This document shows positions 12,856-26,705 of a DNA stretch of 64,000 nucleotides, in pieces. The number at the start of each line of letters is the position of its first letter. Position 1 is the stretch's first letter. Under the pieces are notes generated by a model. The model ran no database searches and was not told the DNA's origin. It saw only the letters and a list, made by a program, of their open reading frames with translations. Both the position numbers and the translations under genes were made by a program. This DNA is from Eledone cirrhosa. Lineage: Eukaryota. Location of the stretch: NCBI GenBank assembly GCA_964016885.1, contig OZ024746.1:62806001-62870000 (forward strand), read 5' to 3'.

Positions 12856-15151
12856 TACACGTTTTTAAAGGCAACAATGTGTGCTAAGAATCCACTTCAC
12901 ATTTGAGAAGTTGTTGTTAAGAAAGACTGCCAACTGCAAAAGCAATTGCTTGAGTAATTCATGAAAATGTCAAAATTTGCAGAATCAGCCATTGAAATTA
13001 GCTTAAAAAGATGGATATTGAATTTTAAAAAGTCAAGTAAAATCACATGATTCCTGCTATCAAAAGACAGCTCATTTTTAATGATCAGCTGAATGCTTAA
13101 ACATATTTGAGATGTCAGAATTACATCCTAAAAAAAAACAATAATTCCTATTGATACTGTGTACATTTTATTATACTTGAAAAGATGAAAGCCTATAATA
13201 GTGCTGTGGTGAAATTGGCACAATTTGGTTTTCAATTCAAATTGATGAAAAAGATTACTTTGAAGTCTGAGTGAACCACGATTAAGCCATCAGGGGACAT
13301 AGCTTAAGGTTGGATAATCTAATGTTCTCAAAGAAGGGTGTTAATATTTAAATTGCTATAATATCTAAATTGATGCTCCAATCTAAACATATTTGGTGTC
13401 ATATGCTTTCAAATGAAGATCTGCAATTTTATTTACAATTATTTTATCTCAATAAGGTACCATGTTTATGATATTAGCATAAATCCTTTAACATCAGGTG
13501 TAGTTTATGTTTCTCAATATCTCCAGTACCATTTTGGGCTCTCCTGCTCCATCATTTGTCAGGCTATTCCATTTTGAGATCATTGTACCTTGATAGCTTT
13601 TAGGTTTTCTTACTGAGGATATTATGGTCAGAATGAATGGAAATGTCTATGAAGATGCCTAGGTTTACATTTCTGATTTAATTGTGATATCTGGGATGTT
13701 TATGTTGATATTTTTGTCAAACAGAACAGACATATCACACATTATTGCAACCATATCATTATCACACACTGGTCTTAATGCATGTTTATACTTCTTATTC
13801 TCAGTTCCCATGAAGAAATATCTGTATATTGTCTACTGTATAAAGTACAAATTTCATCATCAGTGGATATATTCTCTCTTTGAAAGTTAATGGACATCTA
13901 GAAATGATGTGGTTTATTATTTATATTGACTACACAGTCCACAGTTGACATTAGACTTTTGTAGTATTATTTTATTGTGGCAGTCTTTTGTGGCTTGGTA
14001 TTGATCTTGTAAAGTTACAATAAAATCCTCAATTTATACCTTTAGTACAGAGCTTTTGAACAGTTGTTGACTTTCTTATTCACAAACTTCCTTTCTCTCC
14101 AGTTTTTCAGGATATTGACAATGGCAATTTTTTTTTCTTTAGTATTTTTTTCTTTAGTTATATTTTGGTTCCATTAAAAAGATTTTTTTTATTATGTTGT
14201 TTTGGCCTTATCTACGCCTTTTCACTCGATGCAATGAGCTATGTGTTTATACTTTATTGTTTCCTTACAATATAGAAATTATGTTTGCTTTTTTTTCTTT
14301 TAGCCTTATACTAATTAATCTGCCTTTCTTTGTTTCTAAGTATTTTTATAAACCCATTGTTATTTCTTTGTTAGAGGTTTCTGGTTGTAACAGGTTCTTT
14401 CCTTTATCTTCACAGGGAAATATATCAGCTTTAGGATCATGGTCCAACATGCAATGTGTAGTTTTTTAGTTTTCCTATCAAAACTATTGGTCTCTATGGC
14501 CGGATGCTCTTCCTAATGCCAGCCACATTACAGTAAGGACTGGGTGTTTCTTTTTTTTTTGTGGCACCAAAACGACCACCTAACAGGGTGGACTGGGTGT
14601 GTTTTGTCATGTCACCAGCACGACCACCTTACAGGGTTGACTGGGTGCTTTTTGTCATGTCACCAGCATGACCACCATTACAGGGTGGATTGGGTGCCTT
14701 TTGGCAATAAATTTTTTGAAAATTTGTGTGAATAATTTTGTTTCAATTCTCTGTCTAAATCTAACTTGATGTTTTAAGTTTTAATTAACATCTTATTGGA
14801 ATAGCAGTGATTGATTAGTCTAATTAATCACTTTGTTATTTTAATATCATTATTAAATCCAGGGCGGTGGATTGGCAGTATTGGTAGGGCGTCGGACAAT
14901 GTGTTTTATGGCATAGAGTTACATTCGTTTAAATTTTGAGTTCCAATCCTGCCAAGTTCAATTTTGCGTTTCATCCTTATGAGGTTGATAAAATAGAGCA
15001 CCAGTAATGGATTGGAATCAAATTAATCGATTTTCCGCTCTCCCAAAATTGTTGACCTTGTGCCTAAATCAGAAACCAATATTTTTTGTTAAATTAATAT
15101 AATCTTAGTAGAATCTCTAGCTGGATATTGTGGTTTATATATAGTTTAAAT

Positions 15152-15469
15152 CAGGGGCATGCAACAGGCAGCCCACGGGTCACAATCCAGCCCGCTAGAC
15201 CAGTCAGAGTGGCCTGCGATGACCATTTTTAATTTTTACCTTGTAGGCTTAATTAGAATTTTTTTTGTAACCATAATACAATTTTCTGTTAGTTTACCTA
15301 TACTAAAGGGTTTCACTGATAGGGTTATGTGTTTTATAATTTCCCAGTTCCATGTTATGGAAAGAAGTTGTGGTGAATCTTAGGAATAGTGCTTAATAAA
15401 TATTAATGGCCCTAATAGTTGTTCCAATGTTCAAAAGTGGCCCGCCAATGGAATATGTTGCCCACCCTG
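15152..15469. mobile_element. hAT-type MITE (318 bp)
   Basis: CAGGGGCATGCAAC...GTTGCCCACCCTG termini with perfect 8-bp TSD GTTTAAAT (15144-15151, 15470-15477). Confidence 0.85.
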
Positions 15470-16061
15470 GTTTAAATCATCTACATTAAGGTTTATAGTT
15501 TCTCTATAGAGAAACTATAGAAGTTGATGTTGTTGTTGTTGTTGTTATTTAACCCCAGGTTTGCTCCAATCAAGCAGACCTATAATCAAATATGTTCCAG
15601 TTGTGATCATCCCTTGATCCATGTCTTATGTACAAGGAATCCAGAACTATATTATTCAATGTGTCCTTTTTAAAGACAGTAGAGGGATATTTGAAGAAGA
15701 TTTGGTTGCTATTTCTAGCAGATCAAGCGACTATGGTGGGGCTTTTTTGTTTGGTTGATCCCCATAGCATTTGTAACCATTGATGCTGTATTATCATTAG
15801 ATCATTAGTTATTAAATAAAAGAAATCCTTAGCTTTGTTGTTATTTTTTGTTGTTTTTAATTAACAATCACTTATACAATCAACCTAATTACTTGTCTGG
15901 TAATTATTTACTGAGGCCAAGAAAGATGGAAAGTCAGAATGTAAAAAAAATAAATCATAATTAAATACCTAAGGAATGTTGTTCTTTTGATTCCGACATC
16001 CTTGTATTATCAACACAGCTAACGGCAGTGGTAGCAGCTGCAGTAGCAGCACCAGCACCAT

Positions 16062-16137
<76 letters not shown>

Positions 16138-16199
16138 GCTGCATAAGGAGCTCTACTTCACTGTGTATGCTATGTGTATTGCACATATGTATACTTATA

Positions 16200-17500
16200 T
16201 TACATCCAAAAGTAAGGCACCATATCATATGCTTTCTTAACCCTTTAGCATTTAAACCAGCTGTATCCGGCCAGAATTCTCTCACCTCTTTCTATTCAAA
16301 CCAGCTGTAACCGACTGCTCATACTGATGTTAAGGTATTGTTTTCAAAATAAATACTATCAAAATCTCATAGATTCGATATTAAGTGAGATAATTGTGTG
16401 AGGTAAAGTCTTTACTGTGAAAATACAATAGTAAATATAGAGTAATGTAAATGCTAAAGGGTTTAAAGTCAATCCAGGCCATAGCCATGTTGGTATGATG
16501 TTTTTTACAATGCCTCAAAACTGTCTTATCGATCACCAGATGATCTTTGGTACCCTGAGATCTTCTACATCCTCTTTGATCCCTTGGCAATGTTCCTTTC
16601 CATAGTAGAAAAGTATATTCCTTTTCTGAAAATATCCCAGTAAGTACCTCCTATATTATGTATAGGTTATAGGATGGTAGTTTCCCCACAGCATTCCCCT
16701 TACTTCATATCTTTTATTACAAGCACTGTTCTTCCTATTACCATCCAAGAGGGAACTGCACTTCTCTGGACACATTCATTCAATTGACTCGCCAGACTTT
16801 CATAAACTTTTCAACCAAAAGCCATGGATCCCATCTGGACCAGGAGCTTTCCATTCTTGGTACCTTGACTACTTGATCCTTCACATCAACTGTGCTTATG
16901 GTAATGTCTCTCTATCAATTCTGTCTTGATGGTTTCGGTTTCTCTGTATCACAGCATTTCCCCATTCAGAACTCCTTAGCCTGGTTAGCATTAGGAACAG
17001 CATCCTTCCCATCGTTTTCTTATAAAGTGTGAAAAAATTGTTTGGATTATTTTGGAACAATTTATTCTCCTCGAAACTACATCTTTCAACAAAATCCTCA
17101 GATTTAATTGTTCCATTATTGTATAGAACCCATTTCTCCATATTTTATAATTCATGTCTAATGTCGTCTTTCGATCGTTTTTTTTTTTTTTTTACGTTTT
17201 CCTCTAAACCATTGCTCAATTTTGTTTAGACCTTACCTAACTGCTTTATGTCATCTTCAAACCATCGTTTTTATGTTGGTTCTTTTGCCTTACTCTGCTT
17301 TGTTTTCGTCAGTTGTAATTTTTCCACAACAAGTAGTGCAATAGCTCAGATAAGACTCCTTGTTTGTTTTGTCCTCTGTCTGGATATGTGGTATGACAAC
17401 ATTTATCTTTTTTATAATTTCATTCATCATACTCCTTAATATCCTTCTCATATTCATCATTTAAAAAAATTCAAATCCATAAGCCATCTTTGCAATGCAA
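16200..17500 (-). pseudogene. Decayed R4/Dong-like LINE RT fragment split by a MITE
   Basis: WKAPGPDGIHGFW, QRGCRRSQGTKDHLVIDK, MAWIDF|KKAYDMVP across the MITE; many stops and frameshifts; upstream boundary approximate. Confidence 0.8.
16241..16461 (-). mobile_element. piggyBac-type MITE (220-bp family)
   Basis: TTAA|CCCTTTAGCATTTA...TAAATGCTAAAGGG|TTTAA. Confidence 0.9.
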
Positions 17501-17767
17501 AAGCGATTTAACATCTAACTGACACATGCTCTATGGGCAAGGTTACCTTCGCCATTGTGGGCTTTCTCCATGAGTGATCACCAGAGATATCCCTTCTGTT
17601 GGGGAAATTTGTTATGTTTATTATTTTTTGGTCTTTGTTATAAACCTCTCTTTCACACAAAAAGCTCATACTGTACCATCCTGAACTGTCTTTATTGTCC
17701 TCTTAATGTAAGCCCTGAGGGTGGCTAATAAAGAAAACCATTATTATTATTATTATTATTATTATCA

Positions 17768-18163
17768 GGGCGGTGGATTGGCAGTATCGGTAGATGGGTC
17801 GAACGCCATGCTTTCCAGCATAGTTACGTCCCTTTACGATCTGAGTTCAAATCCCGCCGAGGTTGACTTTGCCTTTCATCCTTACGGGGGTCGATAAAAT
17901 AAAGTACCAGTAATGCACTGGGTAATTACTGGCGTTGTGCCTAACGTAGAAACAATTATTATTATTATTATTAGGGCGGTGGATTGGCAGTATCGGTAGA
18001 GGGTCGGACGCCATGCTTTGCAACATAGAGTTACGTCCCTTTACGGAGTGAGGTCAAATCCTGCCGAGGTTAACTTTGCCTTTCATCCTTACGGGGTCAA
18101 TAAAATAAAATGCCAGTAATGTACTGGGTTAATTGCTGGCCTTGTGCCAAAAGTAGAAACAAT
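17768..18163 (+). mobile_element. Two tandem SINE family 1 copies
   Basis: Full copies at about 17768-17955 and 17974-18163 separated by (TTA)n. Confidence 0.9.
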
Positions 18164-18171
18164 TATTCCTA

Positions 18172-18203
18172 TTGTTGTTGTAGTAGTAGTAGTTGTTGTT
18201 GTT

Positions 18204-18275
<72 letters not shown>

Positions 18276-18391
18276 ATAGTTGTAGTAGTAGTAGTAGAAG
18301 TAGTAGTAGTAGTAGTAGTAGGGGGAGTAGTAGTAGTAGTAGTAGTAGTAGTAACAGCAGTAATAGTAGTAGTAGTAGTAGCAGCAGCAGC

Positions 18392-18438
<47 letters not shown>

Positions 18439-18463
18439 CAGCAGCAGTAGTAGTAGTAGTAGT

Positions 18464-18525
<62 letters not shown>

Positions 18526-18583
18526 CAGCAGCAGTAGTAGTAGTAGTAGTAGTAGCAGCAGTAGTAGTAGTAGCAGCAGCAGC

Positions 18584-18621
<38 letters not shown>

Positions 18622-18625
18622 CAGC

Positions 18626-18684
<59 letters not shown>

Positions 18685-18740
18685 CAGCAGTAGTAGTAGT
18701 AGCAGCAGTAGTAGTAGTAGTAGTAGTAGTAGCAGCAGTT

Positions 18741-18777
<37 letters not shown>

Positions 18778-18985
18778 CAGCAGCAGTAGTAGTAGTAGTA
18801 GCAGCAGTAGTAGTAGTAGTAGCAGCAGCAGCAGTAGTAGTAGTAGTAGTAGTAGTAGTAGCAGCAGTAGTAGTAGTAGTAGTAGTAGTAGCAGTAGCAG
18901 TAGCAGTAGTAGTAGTAGTAGCAGCAGTAGTAGTAGTAGTAGTAGTAGCAGCAGCAGCAGTAGTAGTAGTAGTAGTAGTAGTTGT
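18172..18985. repeat. (TAG)n/(CAG)n trinucleotide array, about 810 bp
   Basis: Direct reading; explains the poly-T/S/V/Y ORFs. Confidence 0.95.
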
Positions 18986-19129
18986 AAACATCAGTGTGCA
19001 TTGTTTAGACTCAATACGTTACATCAATCAATGAATTCCTGAATTCCTTCTACAAGTTTCTACTCTGTAAACACCTGACACAAAAAACAATCGTCTTTTT
19101 CTCTTCATTCATTAGTCCTATACAACATT

Positions 19130-21330
<2,201 letters not shown>

Positions 21331-22473
21331 ATGGCGCTGTTGAAATGTGTGTTGACTGGTTGAGATCAATAAACACTGTGTCTTTTGATGAGACAAACCA
21401 TTGTTTGTTATGTAGATGCCACCAACGCCGCCATTGGTACTGCCAACTCAGATGTTTATTTGGTGGTTATTTTATTGTGGTTGCTGTTAGTCTTATTATT
21501 TTTCTTTCTTTTTTTTTTTTTATATTCTTGTCTTATGTCCTGTGTGAAGAGGGGGGGGGGGGTTAGGGTTCTTTGGGTTTTTTTCAATTTTTTTTTTAAA
21601 GTAGCTTCAGCGTTGGAAATAATAAAAATTGAGTGTAATAATAAAAAAAATATATATATTGGTTGTGGTGAGGTGGGGGGAGGGGGGGGGGGGGGGGGAA
21701 GAATATATAATAAAGATGATGATGATGTTAATAATAATAATGGTTTCTGGTTTAGGCACAAGACCAGCAATTTGAGGGGAGGGGGAAAGTCGATTAAATC
21801 GACCCCTGTGCATTACTGGTACTTTATTTATCGACCTCTGTAAGGATGAAAGGCAAAGCTACTCTCGGTGAGATTTGAACTTGTTCAAATGGAATTGTAT
21901 TTTGGCTGGGATTTTTACAGCTGGAAACCCTTCCTAACAACAACAAAGTTTATAATAATAATAATAATAATTAATACCTTTATGGCATCATTTGTATGAT
22001 GCTCCCAACCACTATACTCAATACCTCGCTGTCTATGGCCTCCTTTAACACCAAGGATCCATAGCCATTTGGATCAGTGATCGAGAAGAACTTCATTTTC
22101 TGACTTGGAACATCTTTTCCATATGGCCTCAATTCCCACCCCCTTCCTTTAACCTCCCTTTACCCTTGCTCTCACACACAAACACATGCACATACATACA
22201 TACACACATAACTCGAGCCACCATATAATACACACCCACATTTACATGTATATATGAATATATGTACATATATATATTTATATATATATATACTGTATAT
22301 ATATATACCTTAACATTTTGATTAAGATATCTACAAGCCACTCTCTCCTACTTCTCCAACCCCTGCATATCTTTCCTTCTCTCTCCTTCTTCCCTACTTT
22401 TCTCTCTTCCTGTTCCACTCTATCTTCCCCAACAACCCCACTTAAGTGTTTTTACATTGTATATTTACCATTC

Positions 22474-22585
22474 TGCTCTGAGGAAACAGTGGTCACAGCA
22501 TTGGATATTCGAGTTCTGCAAATACTTGTGAATTTGCACGTAGCGGAACTAGGCTGCAGTACCACCATGGAAACACTTGTAAGCA
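22474..22585 (+). ncRNA. Hammerhead-like motif with a very long stem II
   Basis: TGCT-CTGAGGA(22478)-[GTGGT/ACCAC, CAGC/GCTG, AGTTCTGC/GCGGAACT]-GAAAC-ACTT-GTA-AGCA; base of stem II mismatched; CT-rich tract upstream, AATAAA and (TA)n downstream. Confidence 0.5.
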
Positions 22586-22632
22586 CACGGAATAAACTAC
22601 CTTTTTATGATGTCTACCTGTTATTATTCATT

Positions 22633-22699
<67 letters not shown>

Positions 22700-22701
<2 letters not shown>

Positions 22702-23373
22702 TAGATTGTCTTCTGTGCGAGGTCACAGAACACTTTTTGGTGGCTGTATTACTAAGTGAAAAGAGAACTATATATACAAGGGTTGAAAAACCACATTTGT
22801 TTGAAATATTTAACCAAGAAGCAGACAGAATGATAAAATAAAAATATATTATTATACTAACCGCCTCAATAACCATTATATCTCTCGGACAGATTATCCC
22901 TAATCTGTTTCGCCCTGAGTGTGTTTGCAACAGACAATCCTGGGCATCATCAGCGAGAGAATCAGATTAAATGCAACAAACACTATTTGCCAACGTTCAC
23001 ACAGAAAGATGAATTTGTCACCTCGTGCGCCGCTAGTCAAACGTGGTAAGTGCGTATTGAATAAAAATAACAGTCCAACACACACAACTTAATAAGTTCA
23101 ACTTGTTAGGGAGCAGAAATATATATGAAAATTAGAGTTAAAACTCCAATTGGAACCCTGTAACTATTAAGCTCCAAGTATAAAAATACTGAGCCGATTA
23201 ATAATATATAGTAAGAAACACAGTAAACTGTGTGTCTAAAATTACAAGGGTTGAAAAACGAGATTTGTTTGAAATATTTAACCAAGAAGCAGACAGAATG
23301 ATAAAATAAAAATATATTATTATACAAACCGCCTCAATAACCATTATATCTCTCGGACAGATTATCCCTAATG
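22700..23373 (-). mobile_element. Non-coding PLE/retrozyme-like element with ~130-bp direct repeats
   Basis: 22775-22904 is repeated at 23243-23372 (offset 468); ends near (TA)n at 22700; other end abuts a SINE. Confidence 0.7.
22881..22960 (-). ncRNA. Complete type I hammerhead ribozyme
   Basis: Minus strand UCUCUCG-CUGAUGA-U-GCCC..GGGC-GAAAC-AGAUUA-GGGA-UAAUCU-GUC-CGAGAGA: 7-bp stem I, intact core, 8-bp helix III with GNRA loop, GUC site. Confidence 0.88.
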
Positions 23374-23753
23374 GTTTAGTGGTTAGAGCATTGGCCTTGC
23401 AATCGAAAGGGTGTGAGTTCAATTCTCAGACCTGGTAATGTGTTGTTTCCTTGAGCAAGACACTTTATTTCACATTGCTCCAGTTTACTCAGCTGTAGAA
23501 ATGAGATGATAGGACTGGGGTCCTTATCATTCCACTGCAAAGTGGTCGTGGAGGTGCCACGGCAAAAAGCACCCAGCACTCACTGTAAAGTAGACGTGTA
23601 GGCGCCACAGAAAAAAAGTACCCAACACTCACTGTAAATGAGGTTGGTGTTAGGAAGGGCATCCAGCTGTAGAAATCAAGCCAGAATCAGTTCCCGTCCC
23701 ACCCTTGCAAGCAGGGAAAAGCGGACGTAAAATGATGATGATGATGATGATGA
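23372..23753 (+). mobile_element. SINE family 2
   Basis: Near-identical to 1391-1728, (GAT)n tail; further copies at about 25551-25865 (+) and 36710-36897 (-). Confidence 0.88.
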
Positions 23754-24813
23754 TATACACACACAGACACAGTGAAAGAAATCTATATATCTGGAAAGTT
23801 GAACAAAGATGTCCACAATGACAGTGACTTGGAAAGTTAGACAGTGGGTTGTGTGTGGCTGGATGTACATCTGTTTGTGTGTGTATGATGTCAGAAATCG
23901 ATGTGTATGTTTGCTCAGTTATATGTGTATGTAGGTGTATGAGCTGTCTATGACTTTATATATATATGTAAGTGTGAATGCTTGTGTAAGTGCATATGTG
24001 TGTCAAGGCACAATGACGTTAGCTCATTGGTATATGCTAAATAAATATACATGCATACATACAAACACACATACATACAGACACATACATACACACATAC
24101 AGACATACATGCATAAATACATACATACAAACATCATCATCATCATCATCATCAACGTTTAACGTCCGTGTTCCACGCTTGCATGGGTTTGGACGGGGGT
24201 ATTCCCACTTGAGGCAAGAGTGATTGTCTTGCTCGCATAGGACTGTCTGGCAGGTTTTCTACAGTTGGATGCCCTTCCTAACACCAACCACATTTACAGT
24301 GTGGGTCTGGGAGGTTTTTACCGTGTTGCCTACACGGCTACATATATATATATATATACACATACATAAACAAACATACATACATTCACACATACATACA
24401 AACACAAACATATATACATGCACATACATACAAACATACTTACAAACATACAAACATACAAACATACACACATACATACATACATACATACACACATACA
24501 TACTCACAAGCATACATACACACAAACATACATACATACACACAAATATACATACATACATAATTACAAGTACAATCCATTAATGGAACAGTGAAAATAT
24601 GTAAAACATTCCAAAAATTTTGCATCTAATAACTGCATATACACATGTACAGATACAAAGCATATACACATGCACACATCCACACATACAATAAACATCC
24701 ATATCTACACATGCAGACCTCGCTGATGTTGTGTAAATTCCAATGAGATTCTTGTGTCTATGTTAGAAACTGACTCTCTATTGGAAAAAATTTGATATTA
24801 TAAAACCAAAAGA

Positions 24814-24854
<41 letters not shown>

Positions 24855-25389
24855 CAGATCTATATAAAATATAGTAAAACAATAACAATGTACTAAAATT
24901 AGTGATAGTGTACCTGAAATAGTAAGGAAGAAAAAAAGCACAAAACACACTCTCACACAAACAAAAGAAAAAAAAAAACTGACAGTCATATTGTTCTTGT
25001 GTTACTAAATCTGTTGGTGCCTGCATAGTCTTATATATATATATATATATATATATGAAAATATGGGTGAGTAGAATACTGCTGGTTGCACATGGATAAC
25101 ATGTTATAAAATGAGTCCCTCATCAGTGATTTACCAAACGATCATGGGTATTTCATCGCATTAAAAATCATATACCTCACGTTGGAGCGATAATAACTAA
25201 AATAAGTTATTAGGACAAAAGAAACGCGTAAAGCGAGTGAGACAAGTAAACAACACAGGGGGAAGCTAACCGAAGATGGAAATAAACACAAGCAACATAG
25301 TTATTCTTTCAGCATAAGCTGTGTGAATATATGAGCAAGTCAAGAAAACAGACCTTTCGCTAGTGAATCCGGTGTTAGAAAGAATGAAA

Positions 25390-25554
<165 letters not shown>

Positions 25555-25862
25555 CTTGCAATCTAAAGGTTGTGAGTTCAATTCTCAGACCGGGTGATGT
25601 GTTGTTTCCTTGAGCAAGACACTTTATTTCACATTGCTCCAGTTTACTCAGCTGTAGAAATGAGATGATAGAGACTGGGGTCCCTATTATTCCACTGCAA
25701 AGTGGTCATGGAGGTGCCACCGCAAAAAACCACCCAGCACTCACTGTAAATGAGGTTGGTGTTAGGAAGGGCATCCAGCTGTAGAAATCAAGCCAGAGTC
25801 AGTTCCCGTCCCACCCTTGCAAGCAGGGAAAAGTGGACGTAAAATGAAATGATGATGAATGA

Positions 25863-25913
<51 letters not shown>

Positions 25914-25918
<5 letters not shown>

Positions 25919-26169
25919 GTGGTTACACAAGAGTTAGTTCACCATACCGAGAACAATTGTTTCACCTTAGCGGATCCTCAGCTCGTAAATTACAAGCTGA
26001 GGATCCGCTAAGGTGAAACAATTGTTCTCGGTATGGTAAACTAACTCTTGTGTAACCACTTCTACCTAACTCGTCCCATAGACTGAGTGCTCTACCACTA
26101 CAGATATTACCTTCCAGCAATTTTCTGCTTCCCTAACTATATATATAGTTAGGGAAGCAGAAAATTGCT
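25914..26169 (+). mobile_element. Fold-back PLE remnant carrying hammerhead-like motifs on both strands
   Basis: 75-bp arms 25914-25988 and 25990-26064 with two mismatches; CTGAGGA(25997)-T-CC-GCTAA-GG-T-GAAAC-AATT-GTT-CTCG; tail to 26138; second hairpin 26116-26169 around (TA)n. Confidence 0.75.
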
Positions 26170-26530
26170 TTTATATTAAGAATTATTTCAAGAGTAACTT
26201 ACTCACTATTTTGAAAATTTGGACTATGAACAACAATTATAATTGAGTGGTTGCTATGTGCAGTATAGCAATATAAGGTTGCACTTACCAATGAAACAGT
26301 CGTAAATACCTGGATAAAATCCTTCCCTTAATGCTTACCTGTGTTTTCTCTTATATACTATATATATATATATATATATATACATATATATATAAATAGA
26401 CATATACATATAAATATATATATATACACATATATATATACACATATATATACATATATATATATAATTAATATATATATATTTATATATATGCAGAGAT
26501 TATATTTTATTTATTTATAAACCAAATCTG

Positions 26531-26596
26531 TATTTTATCTGATGAAAGCGCACCATAATTTACCTTGGTTGCCCTTGAAATATGTATAATAAAATA
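26531..26596 (+). ncRNA. Minimal type I hammerhead
   Basis: TATTTTAT-CTGATGA-AAG..CTT-GAAAT-ATGT-ATA-ATAAAATA; 8-bp stem I; sister copy at 51428. Confidence 0.7.
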
Positions 26597-26634
26597 AATA
26601 TGGTTTTATAAATATAGTTTCCATTTATTAATAT

Positions 26635-26701
<67 letters not shown>

Positions 26702-26705
<4 letters not shown>

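Noticed and set aside
13480-14130. Possible minus-strand retroelement coding remnant (FLDV, NIPDITI)
   Set aside because: Too decayed to assign by eye
18089-19042. ~300-aa poly-Thr, poly-Ser and poly-Val ORFs (mucin-like)
   Set aside because: Pure TAG/CAG trinucleotide expansion off a SINE tail; no splice or domain context
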